A DNA stretch of 64,000 nt from Tubiluchus corallicola (taxonomy: Eukaryota; Animalia; Priapulida), in the NCBI GenBank assembly GCA_030141605.1, contig JAQGDQ010000158.1, positions 410,437 through 474,436 on the forward strand, read 5' to 3'. Both the position numbers and the translations under genes were made by a program. Below, one piece after another: positions 12,987-27,089 of the stretch. The notes under the pieces were generated by a model. The model made no database searches, had not been told where the DNA came from, and saw only the letters and a program-made list of their open reading frames with translations. Positions within the stretch are counted from its first letter, which is position 1, and each line of letters opens with the position of its first letter.

Positions 12987-15099
12987 CAGTCAAATGCAGT
13001 ACTACCATAGACAGCTACATGTAGGTATATAATAAGTGCATTTACTGTCATGACTGACGAAGCTCTGAAAAATAAATAAAATGATAATGATTGGGTAAAA
13101 TCATCGTTAGATGAGGTTGAGTAATAACAATAGTTTAACTGGCGCTAAGTGGTAAGTATTATAATAATCACACATTTATCTTGATGTTTGTCGAAACTGG
13201 TTTTCGAGATGGGCGGTTGAGCCCGAAAGTTGCTCCCTAGGATAGAGTTATATGTGAACCTTTTACAGTTTTTAATAATAAACCTTAATAAACACATTTA
13301 TCTAATTTCTTAAACAAAGCTTAACTGAAAAACAGACTTATATCAACTGCAGCATGTTATATTCTGACAGGTCTCTTTTCAGTAATAACAGTTCCCACCA
13401 ACCAATAAAAATATTTTCAAGTTAGTTTGTTTACTGTTGCGCGATTGTTACACACTAAAAATTCAGGCAAAACTTATAATTAATTTTGGTGAACATTTGA
13501 GAATTATCGATTTTTAAAATCTGGTTTCCGAAAAATATTAATTATAGGTTTGTTGCTTCGTTATTTGTTTATCTGTTGCTCTTGTGTTTCCGCAATCGTG
13601 ACACACATTAATTTAGATATTTGTCAGAAGTCAAGTTTTGTGTTTTTGCGTTTATGAAAGGTCCAAAAAAGGAATACAGAAATCTGATTGGCCAAATAAA
13701 TTAAACGTTTTTCAGTGTTAATAGACACGATTCAAGAACGAATTTAATCAATCTGGCGAGTTATTTATCAAAATTAGAATCTGTTGTTTATACTATCATA
13801 AATTCTTTCGTAATCCTTCGCAATAATTCTGTAAAATATTGCGCTAAACTATAAACAGGTCACTACGGAATCACTGTAATACATTTACTGCTGTAATTGT
13901 TACATAATCTTATCATTACGCCCACACACTGGCAATTACATTTATGGCTTCTATAATTGATCTGTGTTTTATTACCCACTGATAGGATCAGTGTGTTTCT
14001 AGATGCATTGCTCAGTAGGCCTACAACACTAGCTCACGGTATTGTATTGAAAATCCATACTGATCCGACTGGCTATCTGTACCTAATTTATTGATACTTA
14101 GGCCGACTGGTCCCTCGAACTCGTAATATCCCTAAATTTCATTATTGCTAATCACGTTGATATTCTGCAGGCTTTTGGCACCTATGTAAATTAATTATCG
14201 CGTCATACAAATCCACTGTAATTCTGCGAGTAACAGCAGAAAAACGAGTATTAGGCCTACGAACAAACTGTCGTCATTTCGGAACCAGTAAGGAGAGATC
14301 TTGAAAGTATCTTTCATAGCAGCCGCAACAAATGAACCATGTCTTCACCTGAGTAGAAATTTCAGTTTCTCTCAATCGCACGAGTACACGTGCGTGCAGA
14401 AAACTTCGCAAGATATACAAGTTTGAATAGAGAACAATTCTTGCCTCTTTTGTTAAGTTTTTTACGCCCCGATCGTTTAGTAGTATTGCAGATTCCCGAA
14501 TTACTTTATGGCGTCACGTAACTTTATTGATTATCACTTCTGAGGCGTCTGTTATTCGTTACCTAAGTTAACGACAGTCTCTAAATAGAACCTTAGACAT
14601 GTCTTCTTTCATACCTTCTGATAATGTTCATGTTTCGTCACTGATTTCAAACGCCTACCACCCATGTTGTTGAACTATACAGATAATATTATTATTTCAT
14701 ACAGTAACGCATTTTCACGCCTGTAGTGCTGTTTATAGTGTCTAATATGGGGCTTTTATGCTGAATAATGTACAAGCAGAATTATCGCTGTAAAAGCGCT
14801 CTGTAAACAAGTTGGCAAATGTTGGTTCACGTTTGCTAGTGGTTTAAAAGCGAATATCGACTAATAAAGTAATGTAATGTCACAGAGTAAATTGATGCAG
14901 CTGATACTTGAGTGTAATACAGCTCAGCTTCAAGGTCTGGAATACATTAGTCGCAATTTTCTTGTTCATCGTTTTTACCTTGCAGTGAAATAGTTGCCCA
15001 AAAATTATGAGCAGGTGCGTTTGTGCATGCAAGATAAAATGACTATTGCCTAGTCATAAAAATTCGATGTGCGTTGACTGATGCACAGAGCCTTAAATT

Positions 15100-15700
15100 A
15101 TGGTAAGCTTAACATTAAAAAAACAAAACGGTATCCAATCTATAGTAGTGGGGCAGATGACTGAAAAATTGTACAAAAATGATAAAAGCGTGAAATTTCC
15201 TACAGTATACCTTCTAACCAAATGAATCATTTTCAGATGGGGAACCACCGTGGGGGTCGCTTCTGGTGACCTTGAGTGACCTGCGACTTTAAAGTCACAG
15301 TCACGCATTACTAGGGAGCAAGCGCCTCTATTATAACTATAATCATTCATATTATCTTAGAAACATAATGGAAAACACCTACCTAAACATCTTTAAACTG
15401 TGCTTTCGAGATGACATTATCTCGGGGTCAAGGTCAAGATAAGGCAAAGGTCAAGACAAGGTCAAGGTCATATAGATATTCAATTAGTTTACCATTTTAG
15501 GAAAAAAATATATGCGCTTTTTCGTATTACTTTCTCTGGTGTTTATTTACTGAATTTCATGAATTATAACTCACGTTCACTAGCTGGTCTCACTTATACT
15601 CTATATCCAAGATAGACAGACAGAAAAACAAAAAGACAGACAAACAAAACAAGACAGACAAACGGACAAGGAAAGATAATTTTGCAATTTTTAATTATAA
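15100..15700. mobile_element. Possible non-autonomous Helitron/Helentron-like repeat
   Basis: Clustered TGACC/GGTCAA motifs (15267-15470) and an (ACAG)n-like tract near one end. Family assignment is pattern-based only. Confidence 0.3.
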
Positions 15701-16018
15701 ACACGCCTGAGCGTTTAAATTAATTTCTAGCGCCCTCTTTTGGTGCTAATTCTATTATATAAAGTCCCACTTTTCCTTGATTATAATTTAAAGATTCAAG
15801 ATCAAGTAATTCAAATGCCTCGGCGTTAAGATTTTTGTAATTACGTAGGTAGCATTATAGCTATAATAAGCACGTTGCGCACGCAACAATGTGACACTGT
15901 AACACTCCGTTTTGTACAGGATCGCCCAAAAAAAAACATCCTCTATAAGTAGCTCCTAGTCCTTTATCCTGGTAGGGGCATCTGTAAGAGACCTACATTA
16001 TCTTGTAGCCTGGCGCAG

Positions 16019-16569
16019 CTTTTCAAAGAGCTGTACGTTTCCCTCCAAAACCTTCACCAAGCGTCGATTAGTGAACCGGCGTTACGAAAAAACGATCGCT
16101 ATAAGATTCTAGAAATGGCGGATGAAAATCATCAAAAACTGGCCGTTTTTTACCCTTGCCGGATCAGTGTGCAGGAAAACGTCTTAGAGGATCTCGAAGA
16201 TTTCAACACCTGAAGAGTACCGGTATTGCTGTTTGCCGGAAGGCGATTTTCGACACATTTGATGATCAGAACTTAATGTGGTGTCAAACAGATATTTAGC
16301 ATTTAGAACGGTATTTTATTATTTTATTTGTAGTTTTACTTTTGTAATTCAAGAAACATTTCTTGAATTAGTCAAATTCGAAACACTTAGATTTGCACTT
16401 ACGCTATGGCAGTATTATATGTAATTATTTTGCTGTTGTTGTTTCAGCCTGATCATTGCTGCAATATCGTAAATAAACCACTTTGATTCAGCAGAAACTT
16501 CTTTAGTTATTTACGTCTTAACGGCGCTTGATAGAAGTTTTGAGGGGAAACTTATAGCTCTTTGAAAAG
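16019..16569. mobile_element. Non-autonomous DNA element remnant with about 55-bp imperfect inverted repeats
   Basis: CTTTTCAAAGAGCTGTACGTTTCCCTCCAAAAC... versus ...GTTTTGAGGGGAAACTTATAGCTCTTTGAAAAG; followed by a 27-bp direct duplication (16569-16621). Confidence 0.6.
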
Positions 16570-17172
16570 AGGAGAAATTGAGTCATATTGTGAAAGAGGA
16601 GAAATTGAGTCATATTGTGAATAGGTCCCAATGAAACTACAATTATCCCCGCGTACATATCGAGCAGTCGTGCTAACCTGATTTTGTGATATAGTTATGG
16701 TCTAATGAGATTTCAAATAACATAACAAATAAACTTTTTATTATGATGCCTTAGTCATTTTGCGGTGACGAGTCGCGTACGTCGATTGTAATCGGAAACA
16801 AAATTACCAATGATCACCAATGCGCAAACATTCCTCGTTCTGTCAATGACGCAGTTATAATGCGTTTTACGTTGGAGTCTGTTAACGCTGCGCACGCGCA
16901 TCATCAGCATCTACGGTGCGGTGTTTCTTATTACTTTGCTCATGAAAGGTACTTCGCTCCGTGAAAAAAACTGCACTGCGCAACACGTACGCGAAAAAAC
17001 CGTTGTACCAGTACTAAAAATTTGTCGAATTTTGTTCGCCTGTGTAACTCTGTAACCGGAAACATTTTGTGAAAGATAAATTTTCGTTTAGCTTTAATTC
17101 TAAATTGTGAATAATTGTTTATAGATCGTGTAGAGATTGCGAACAAGAAACCAGGTGAAAAAGTAAGTATGG

Positions 17173-17793
17173 CGAAAACTCAGTGTTCTTTAATAAATGT
17201 TATTTTAATTTACCGAGTTGATGCATTGTGTTTTCGAAAACTCAGTATTCTCCAATAAATGTTATTTTAATTTACTGAGTTGATGCATTGTGTTTTCGAA
17301 AACTCAATATTCTCCAATAAATGTTATTTTAATTTACTGAGTTGATGCATTGTGTTTTCGAAAACTCAATATTCTCCAGTAAATGTTATTTTAATTTACT
17401 GAGTAGATGCATTGTGTTTTCGAAAACTCAATATTCTTTAATAAATGTTATTTTAATTTACTGAGTTGATGCATTGTGTTTTCGAAAACTCGATATTCTC
17501 CAATAAATGTTTATTTTAATTTACTGAGTTGATGCATTGTGTTTTCGAAAACTCAATATTCTCCAATAAATGTTATTTTAATTTACTGACTTGATGCATT
17601 GTGTTTTCGAAAACTCAATATTCTTTAATAAATGTTATTTTAATTTACTGAGTAGATGCATTGAGTTTTCGAAAACTCAATATTCTTTAATAAATGTTAT
17701 TTTAATTTACCGAGTTGATGCATTGTGTTTTCGAAAAGTCAATATTCTTTAATAACTGTTATTTTATTTTACCGAGTTGATGCATTGTGTTTT
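17173..17793. repeat. 62-bp tandem repeat, 10 copies
   Basis: Unit CGAAAACTCAATATTCTCCAATAAATGTTATTTTAATTTACTGAGTTGATGCATTGTGTTTT, head-to-tail with no spacers. Confidence 0.95.
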
Positions 17794-17979
17794 ATATCTC
17801 TTCGTGGTTAATGTAAATTACAGTTTAAAAAATACAAATGTCCGTCTTGTACAAAAGATGGAGTGGCACGTAATTTTTATCTCGTGCCAGAAAAAAATCA
17901 TTAATTACCAAAAACGCATGACATATAAACACTTGCTGCCTATCTCTAGCTACGCAAAATCATGTTGTTGCTTATGTGC

Positions 17980-18250
17980 TGCTCCTGAGTGGTCACACTC
18001 TGAGTTCTGTTAGTAAATGAAATTAAGTAACGTCAGGCCTGGTTAGTAAATGAATGGGTGACCAGCGAGAAAGTAGCTTCCGTATAATTTCATCAACTAT
18101 ACGGCTCCAGCTACTTCATTTATTGAGGGAGGGTGGGCATACATCCAAGACACCCCTGCCAGTTTTGTCTCAATTTAAGGAATAAAAAGTTAAATAGGCT
18201 AGAGTGCTAGATCTTGCCTAGCCTTTGCTACGGAACTGGTCCTGTCGTTG
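17980..18250 (+). mobile_element. Degenerate SINE with 5S-derived internal promoter segment
   Basis: 18019-18063 GAAATTAAGTAACGTCAGGCCTGGTTAGTAAATGAATGGGTGACC resembles the 5S A/IE/C region. The body differs from the 43208 element. Boundaries approximate. Confidence 0.55.
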
Positions 18251-20149
18251 AGTATTGTATTCTAGTTACGTGTAGAAATATGTAGGCGTTTACAAAAAGT
18301 TGTCAGTAGTGCCAGAACTAGAACTAGATATGTCATTACCATAAACAGTTTCTGTTTTCGCGAAAACCTTTCATTTCTTGTGGTTTTTCTCGCACACGAC
18401 GTCAAATTACCATTTTCTTGCTTCGTGTTTTTTCAGCAGTCCGTGTGCATTGGCCTTAAATTTATCCGGCAACATGACTAAAATACGCGATAGTAATGGC
18501 GTCTCATGTGTTCAGCAGAAATGACAAAATTGGCGATAATGTGACATAACTCACAGTGAAAATAGGAAGCTGAAAAACTGCACTCAAAATCAAAATTGAA
18601 CATATGACATCCTACATTCAAACTTGGAAAACTGCCGTGACGCCTATACGCTTACAATGGGATGAAATTCCATGTTTCATTTTTCTGATCATCATTGTTA
18701 ACTTTAGCTAACTCGTCCATGTTTGCTTTCTTTGTTTCAATAATGTCATTTGTCTCTGTAATTTTTTTTGTCTTAAACACCACAGCATAGTTTACACAAA
18801 AGAGCCTGTAAACCAAATATTCACTTTTATCGAGTCTTTCATTGACTGTGTGTCGCGGCACGAGAGAAATGACAACTTCAGCCTCATTTGTTTATAAAAT
18901 ATTAAATAACTCTTTGGGCTGTAAAGTTTGATTAAACATTTTTGTCTTGAATAGGGATTAGAATTTCGTTTGTCCTGGTTAGGTTATAACTCAATGTATT
19001 GTTAAAACACATGTCGCACGAGTCTCCTTTTCAATTAACAAAATTTTGAACCCATAAGCAAACAAACGTATAATACAAGAGGCAGTTATAATACTTATTA
19101 CAAACTGGAGGCTTGAATAAAAAAGTACGCAGACGCTGTCAGTGTTATTTTGCCATAGATATTACTGCTAACAAGATTGGTGTTACGAATACCTCTAAGC
19201 TGCACCTGGCATCCGCTTATGATCATAAATATCCTTGCACACAACAAGTTTAGCAATTGTGGAGCTGGTGAAAATATGCACAATGGAGATCTATATGACA
19301 CTTTGTTATAATTTTTTATTTTGTCTTATTTTGACATCATCAACACAACGATATATATATATATGTGTATAAAACAAGTTTCAGCAACGCGTGTCACAAG
19401 ATGGATAATATAAAATGCAATGATACTTCAATAATTATATGTAACTATGTTATGATATGTTATAAATCGCTATTGCATTATAGTTGGGAAGCATAGCTTG
19501 TGAAACAATAGTGCAATGAGGAAGCATGTAGAAGGATGCGCGAAGATAAAAATGATGGAAATTGCAAGATAATGGGAATTAGCAGGGTTATTTTGTGCAT
19601 GAAAATGAACACGAGATTGTGGTTTGGGACATCCGTAAATTTGCACTAGCTAGAACAGCACACTCTGGGCCAGTCTGCCGTGTAATGAGGAAATTACACA
19701 TTTGAACGTGCCTATATGCCCAAAGTCTCGCAACATTTTTGCACACTGGACTACCTGATACTTGTCAAATCGTGTATTGTAACATTTTTGATTATGATTT
19801 GATTATGTTCTGAAAAAAGATGGTTAAGATTTATAGCGAGTTTATAGTGAGCGCATAACTTTTTATTTGATCAAGATATCAATTCTCATTTGTTTGCCAG
19901 TTAGAAAGAAATGTGCGTTTGGAAAAACCGTTAAAGATACGAATAAGTTTACGTTGAAGAGCACGAAAGTTCGATGGATAAGTAAGTCCCCTTGAAATGG
20001 AAGCATAATAATCAAGTAAACGACTGAACTAATAATTTTTAACGACATAGACCACGGACAATATCTAATGTAACATATTTCCAATGTGGTCCCGGTTATT
20101 ACTGTCCGTTATGTTACTTTGAAAAATCTGCATGCCTAATTGGTCGAAG

Positions 20150-20247
20150 AAAGAGCAGCATGACTTTTAAGTCTTTGTTATGACTCGACAGGGAGTTGAA
20201 CCCGAGACCTCCCGGATGGACAGCAAGTACGCTACCATTGAACTACT
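20150..20247 (-). mobile_element. tRNA-derived SINE head fragment
   Basis: Minus strand reads A-box TAGTTCAATGGTAG, B-box GGTTCAACTCCC, then non-tRNA GTCATAACAAAGACTTAAAAG. No complete cloverleaf. Confidence 0.65.
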
Positions 20248-20664
20248 TTAATTTTAGTAACATAATTTTTTAAAAGCAACCTATCCGTAAGTGTGCGTTA
20301 AATAAATAACTTTAAATAATAAATATTTGTCACTTTTTTATATTTCGCATGCAGCTGTACTGAAAGATTGCCACGCAGTCCTATCAACCCTACGTAATTA
20401 AGTAGGTTATGTACTTTACATAATCTATTGCAAGTCATCAACCATTGAGTTAATGTGTATCCTGTTCAAATATCATGCACAGAAAAGAGGATGACTTCCC
20501 TCTGTTTACCATCCGTATAGGTTAATATAACAAGTAATCACAGGTATAGAAATAGACGCTGTATTTCCAAAGGAATCAGTTATACATGTATATAGTTTAC
20601 AGAAACGAAATTGTGAATTGTATGTGGACTCGCGTGCATTATTTTCTCACTTGTTAACGATGAT

Positions 20665-20994
20665 GAGTGGCGTAGCTAATAGCGGAGCAAGAGGAACAAA
20701 GGCTCCCACGAACACATTTTCAAAGAGCAGGCGCTTTTCAACATTTTTTATCTCTTTAGTCCACTTGAGCGATAAAAGTCGAATCTTTTTATTTTTTAAT
20801 CGCATGGCCTTAGAAAAATTTTCTGGAGTCTGAACTTTATTTATCTATTTCCTTTAAAACTGTATCTTCTTCATATTTTGATTTTAGACGCAAAATTAAA
20901 ACCTATAATAAATGCGTTCAAAATTGTTTGGTATATGTCACGGTGCCTTTTAAGTGCTTTCTCCCCCTAACTTTAGGACCTGGATACGCCCCTG
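20665..20994. mobile_element. Probable hAT-type MITE
   Basis: Ends AGTGGCGTAGCTA / TGGATACGCCCCTG are imperfect inverted repeats; 8-bp flanks ACGATGAT / TCGACGAC match 5/8. Confidence 0.5.
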
Positions 20995-21515
20995 TCGACG
21001 ACGTTTCTTCGCATATGGAGAAAAGTTCGACACAATATTTGTGTGTGGGCGAATAAATGTGTTGCTACCCTTATATTAATTTGGAAGAAGAACGAACATA
21101 GACGCTAAGAGTAGTGATTGAGTTCATTTTTATTTCATTGTCACATGCCGATGTGCATTAAATGTGCCATTAAAATGTATTGAAACACATAATACTTTGA
21201 ACAAAATTTTAAACTATTTCTGAATACTGTCGGTGGGTTTTGACTAACGATATCTCGCAATAGTACGTTAAATACGACACACAGTATTTTCAAGATAACA
21301 TACATTTTATTTTACATTTATTTCACAGATTTTAAAGTACATAGCTCTAATAAATATTAATTTTTTCTGTTCCCCGATTCTTCCCATACAAAGTAAGTAC
21401 AGATGCACAAAAATTTACATTAAAAACGCCTACACAAAAGGTAAATTAATTGGTAGAATAGCAATAAATGAGTTTTTGTAAGGAATGTTCGTGAGCATGC
21501 GCGGCAGTGTCACGG

Positions 21516-21582
21516 GCATTGTTTCTAGCCGACAAGTATCGCATTGTTTCTAGCCGACAAATATCGCATTGTTTCTAGCCGA
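21516..21582. repeat. 25-bp tandem repeat, about 2.7 copies
   Basis: GCATTGTTTCTAGCCGACAA(G/A)TATC units. Confidence 0.85.
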
Positions 21583-21915
21583 ATGACATCTGTCGTCGAA
21601 AATCACCTATTTGCTTGCTGTCGCTGAATGTGAAAACCCACCCTCTTTCCTGATTCCACCCACTACCAAAGTAGGAATGTAATTTTTGTGTGAACTTTAG
21701 ATTTGCGTACTTTTAACAATGCAGAGTTTTTTACTTTCTGGCTCAATATCTGACTTTATAATAGTGATCCATCTGCCTTTTCTGTAGTTTATATTCAGAA
21801 TTAGTATTTAGGCAATGTGACATAGGCAATTCCTATATCTCGTAACAGTAGATTAAATACGACATGGAACATGTTCAGGGAAGACTTTATAATATGCTCC
21901 AGCATATATTTTACT

Positions 21916-22899
21916 GGAATGTAGGTAAAAACGGCACAGGTAAAACGGCGTAGGAAAAAATAGCACCGTCAAAATGGCACAAATGGAAAAGTAGATAAAA
22001 ATGCCACAGGAAAAAATGGCACAAATACAAAAGTAGGTAAAAATGCCACAGGAAAAAATGGCACACTTAGTAAAATATGTATTAAATATTTTAATTATTT
22101 TGTCTCTGCCAAGAAAGTTATTTTGTCTCTGCTTCAACACGGTTTGCTTGGCTATTTTTGTCTGTGATGGCACTAAGCCTATTACGCAAAATTAATCTAT
22201 TTAACAGATTTTCCTAAAACCTTGTGAAGAAAAGCCGGTATTATGCGCCAAAATGGGAATCTTTTCGCCGGTTCTTTTTTCGCAAAACTTGACCGAATAC
22301 TACATACAAAAAAGAAACATTCTTGAAGTACTTCGTGGAGGTTTCAGAGGGCGTGTTTAGTACTTCTTTTTGTTATCTCCACCTGGACGAACAACTACGA
22401 GTTAGTTCCAGTTCCATTTAGAGAAATTCTCGCTTGTAAAACTGTGTAACGCTGTCTATAACCGTTGCTTATTAATGTGTATAGCCGTGTAAGGTGACTT
22501 AGTATGTAAATATTTGTCCGTCTACTACCATCGCCAAAATTAATGGTTAAAAAGGTAGCTAAACGCTATGTGGAACAGTCGTGCATTATTGATTATAAAT
22601 CAATTTCATGAACAAATATTTTGTGAGTCTTTTGCTAGTCTATATAATACCAACACAGGTACATTTTTGTATGTTTGCTTGTTTATCTTTGTGTTAAATT
22701 TCTTGATTCAAAAGCATCAGACGAATAAGTTTAGGATTGTTCGGCTTTTGCAGAGATCTGCTTCCTAATGAACACATTCTAGTTTTATTATAGAAATTAA
22801 CTACATAAAAATAACACATGTGCCATTTTCCCACTTTTCCCGCTTTTTCCCACTTCTCCATTTCTGGCATTTTTTCCTGCGCCACTTTTACCGCGCACC
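21916..22899 (+). mobile_element. Decayed Mutator-like element with tandem subterminal repeats
   Basis: Arrays of GG(T/A)AAAAATGGCAC at the left end and their complement at the right end. An internal frame (WN...CESFASLYN...FIFVL...Q) loosely resembles the MULE transposase C-terminal motif. Confidence 0.5.
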
Positions 22900-24729
22900 A
22901 TTTAGAAAAGGCCGCTAGGTTAAAAATTTCGTAGTTTAAAGTGAAAGAAGCGCTGAATAGTTCCAAGTTCCTAAAATACATTTTCTTTATTAACCAAAAA
23001 GCTCGTGAATAAAAAGAGATAGATATTTATACGCAGAACACTGTTCTTACTTGTGTTTTAACTGCTATAAAAAGAGAAACAATTAATTGTAATGCTAACA
23101 AATATATTTTACATATTTACATACACAGACAAGATTAACAACAGTTCAAACAAATAAACACGCAAACAATATTAATCAGTGTAATCATCCATGTAAACAA
23201 ATCAAATAATCTATAAATAAGCCGCTTATAGAACGGGGGTAATGTATATGCTCGCTAAACATTACTAATGAGTGAGGACGAGAAACAGACTTTTATAACA
23301 TCTGAAATTCATATGTTATATGCCTAAAAATAAGTAAATTACAGAAGTAAGATCACGTACGCCATAAACATTATGATTACCAGGTTAGAGCGGCCACCAT
23401 CACCCATCCAGAACGCATTAGTTTTTCATAGGCCACGCTATCATATCAAAACCAGAGCGCTATATAATATAGTCTGCTGCTCCAGAAGAAAGACAAATAT
23501 TTCCGGCACAGAGCATAGCGGCCAAGGAATGACGCAGATTTGAGAAAATTGCCAATATATTGCACCTAAAGCATGCGCATAGAACTTCTAATGACACATA
23601 ATACTCATCAAAAGCTGGTAAATAAAAAATTATTTAAACAAAAACCGCACCCAATCTTAAACTGTAGGTAAAAACAATCTACTCTTTAAAATATTGACAG
23701 GAAACATAGCATTTTCTAAAGAGTAACTTACGTGAAACAGTTATTACCACACAAACGTAATTTTGCATTCGCACCACTAGTTCTTCGCTGTTACATGCAT
23801 TTTGCCATTCTCTAGTTAGACGGGCACAAACGCCTGCATTTCGGAAAGCGTTGCACAAAAACAGGTGTTGTACCTCTCAGTTCAGATGTGTTAGTTTGTA
23901 GCGAACTGCACGCGTTCGACAGCTTTGAAATTTTAATTTTTGTCTTAAAACTTGCCGAATTTTTTAGTGATTTTCACAACGTTCAATGCTTTTTACAACA
24001 CACTGAATATCTTACAGCAACACTGTACTTCAATTTTCGCTTTCGTTAACACGTGCAACATGCTCGAGGAATTTTTTCCTGTTGAAAATTGTTAGTTTGT
24101 GATGCCATCACTAGTTGGGATCGCCCGTGGTTAATCAAAATTTTAATCTATTAGTTAATTATCAGATTTGCAGTATTAATTGTGTCAAATTGTATGCTTT
24201 TTATCGTATAATGGGGTAGCATATGAAAAATCATTCTCCCTTCCTTTAAGGTCTATTGAACGTCGATTACTAACTTGTGACCTGAGGCAGCTGAGAATGT
24301 AAACAAAGTTTCTTACGCAATACTGAAAGTACTTACTTGAAATCATATATAATAACTACATTAATATAATAAAAGCTACTAAAGCACGGCATTAATCGTC
24401 AATGTTTATTCACAATAATAGCGAACTAAGATTTTCACGCCGGTATCTTTCTGTTTCTCTGCAACATAATGCGAAGCGGTGCTGACAAGCCACTGGTATA
24501 GCACTGCCTAGTTTTTGCTGCATTACTGTTGTGTTTCTCTATCTTGAGGCCAGTCTTCTCTTATTTCAGGCCTGCCCAATGTCTACAACGTGAACGTAAT
24601 AATCGTATGATGATAATGAACATGAATTTGAATTTATCTACATTTTATTTGCATCAATTATTGGCTTAAGTTTGTCTGATCAAATTATACAATTCATGAA
24701 CATTAGGCCTATGGCCATGTACCAAAACA

Positions 24730-24880
24730 CTTACGCGTCTTCCGCAAATAAGATGAACTTTACCTTGTCTGGTGCATTATTAATGTCGTTTATATACAGG
24801 AGAAAAGTGTGGGGCGTAAAACCGATCCTTGTAAGATACCGCACAATGGCATTGAAACAATTCGATTCACAGTTGCCTAA
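24730..24880 (-). mobile_element. LINE reverse transcriptase fragment (CR1/L2-like), decayed
   Basis: With one frameshift it reads CGILQGSVLRPTL/FLLYINDINNAPDKVKFILFAEDA, a decayed GVPQGSVLGPLLF...YIND...FADD. Confidence 0.75.
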
Positions 24881-25198
24881 TTTAACAAATTGTTGCCTTT
24901 GTTATTTAATGCATTAACTTAATTAATAATCTTTAGTATGCTTAAAATATTGTAGTTAATAATATAGCTAGATGATATTTTGAATGTTTTTATCGCCAAT
25001 TATTATTAGTGTTATTAGTATCTATTCTGTTGTGACATTCTTATCCAGGAATAATTCTATGTATTTTTGTAAATCTGTAAAATTGTCTCAATGGTTGTAT
25101 TTGTTTGTATTATATTGTAAAAAATAAAATATTTGTTTCATTTGTTTGATTATTGTATAATCATTGTAATTTAATTGTGCCGGCAAATAGAGGAAATT

Positions 25199-25419
<221 letters not shown>

Positions 25420-27089
25420 TTGCTATTTGCATTGTTTCGCAACCCTCTTGTACAGTACTGTTCAATTTTTTGCTTAACAAGTTGTGATCAATTGTGTCAA
25501 ATGCATTTTTAAACGAACAAAGAAGCCTATAGAGAATGTTACATGTTTGTAGCAGATCTGTTTGTTCTATTCGTTCATTTCGAAGTAAAAAACTAAAAAG
25601 GTTATGTTTAAGAACTAAAATAAGCGAGTATTAGTGAAAGTTTTGTATCTTTACCAATTCAGTGTTTTCCTTGACAGTCGAAGAGCGTGTTTTAGTTTAA
25701 AGACAGCAGTTACACGGCTTCCTATGCTTTCCTTTCCCAGAATTGTATTGGTCAACTACAAACGACTGCTTATACCAACTGTATCTCAGAAAATATGCAA
25801 ACTTTTAGTATCATTACGACCGCCATATAGTGCAATTGTAATGTAGTTCAACCTGCGTTTCCTGTCAGCTGGACTCCAAAGGTTTTCAATCATACTTTCA
25901 ATAAACGTATAGTCCTGCAGTTTATTTCAGCACGGATACTACGATTTAATGGGCTTAAATAAGCACTTAACTGCAGTGATTACGAAACTCCTGTTGTGTT
26001 AATTGCTGTATTCAATCACGCTCAGGCTAGTACATCAAGCTATTGTGATCCTCGTCATGGCTCGTTCATACTATGGCAAGCAGAAACAGACTATTCACAA
26101 CCACACACCCCGCATATTCTATATGCATAAAATACTCTTCTCCATTCAGTATTTTAGACAGTAAACAGACACTCGGCCAGAAAGACCACTATGGGTACTT
26201 GACTTTCCGATCCATTACCATCCGTATGTGGTCCTACAAGGTCGTCCACATATCCACATGTAGGACCTCTTGTAAACGGGTACACAAATGAGCAAAGATA
26301 TTAAAAGTGCCAAACGAATTAAAAGAACCGCGACTCATCGGCCCTGTTCCCAGTACAATAAATAGGGCTAAATTATATAAAACTTTATTTATTTGAAGTG
26401 GATTGACGTACAGTAATATTACTGATCGGAGCTTTTCCACTGTGCAACAAATACATTTTAGTTGAGAACAGATATATAGAACTGGTTATCAAGAATATAG
26501 TTACATAGATAGTTCGATCAAAAACACAAGTAATTTATTACTTAACAATTAAAATTGAAATATATAAAGCCACAGAGTACAGAAGCGATACCAGAAACAA
26601 TAATTTTCAATGTTCATGATCCTATTACTACAAAAGTATGGCTGCTCAATTACTGGTGTTTAATTCAAAAGTCCAAAATTCAAAATAATTCAGACTAAGT
26701 TCGATATACAATTACACGTACAATCAATTAGCAAACGTTTAGTAGACTTTATATAGTTCTGCAACAATTTGAAGAGAATGCCATTGGATGGATGACCTGG
26801 TCTGAGTTTATGAAAAATGTCGTTGTAAATAATAGCAGGTCTAGGGTTGGCGTGTAATTCTTGAGTTATGTGCCGGTAATAACAGAGCTGATCCAATAAC
26901 AGTGGTTCTATGTATGTCATAGTTTGCACACTCAAAAAAATAATGGCGGGGACTCTCAGTCGAATTGTTGCACCTACATGAACGGTCATTAATAATATTC
27001 CTGGAAAACAAATCACTTCTTAATTGTGAAAATTGGCAACGAATCTACATGTTGAAATCTCATTACTTCAATCATCATTATAGTTAGGG

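Noticed and set aside
17173-17793. Regular array superficially like CRISPR
   Set aside because: Units are head-to-tail with no unique spacers, there are no cas genes, and the context is eukaryotic.
20170-20247. tRNA gene (also considered at 57300-57370)
   Set aside because: A and B boxes are present but acceptor and anticodon stems do not pair; these are SINE heads.
26150-26295. Minus-strand GYVDDL resembling an RT active site
   Set aside because: No other RT motifs nearby; likely coincidental.
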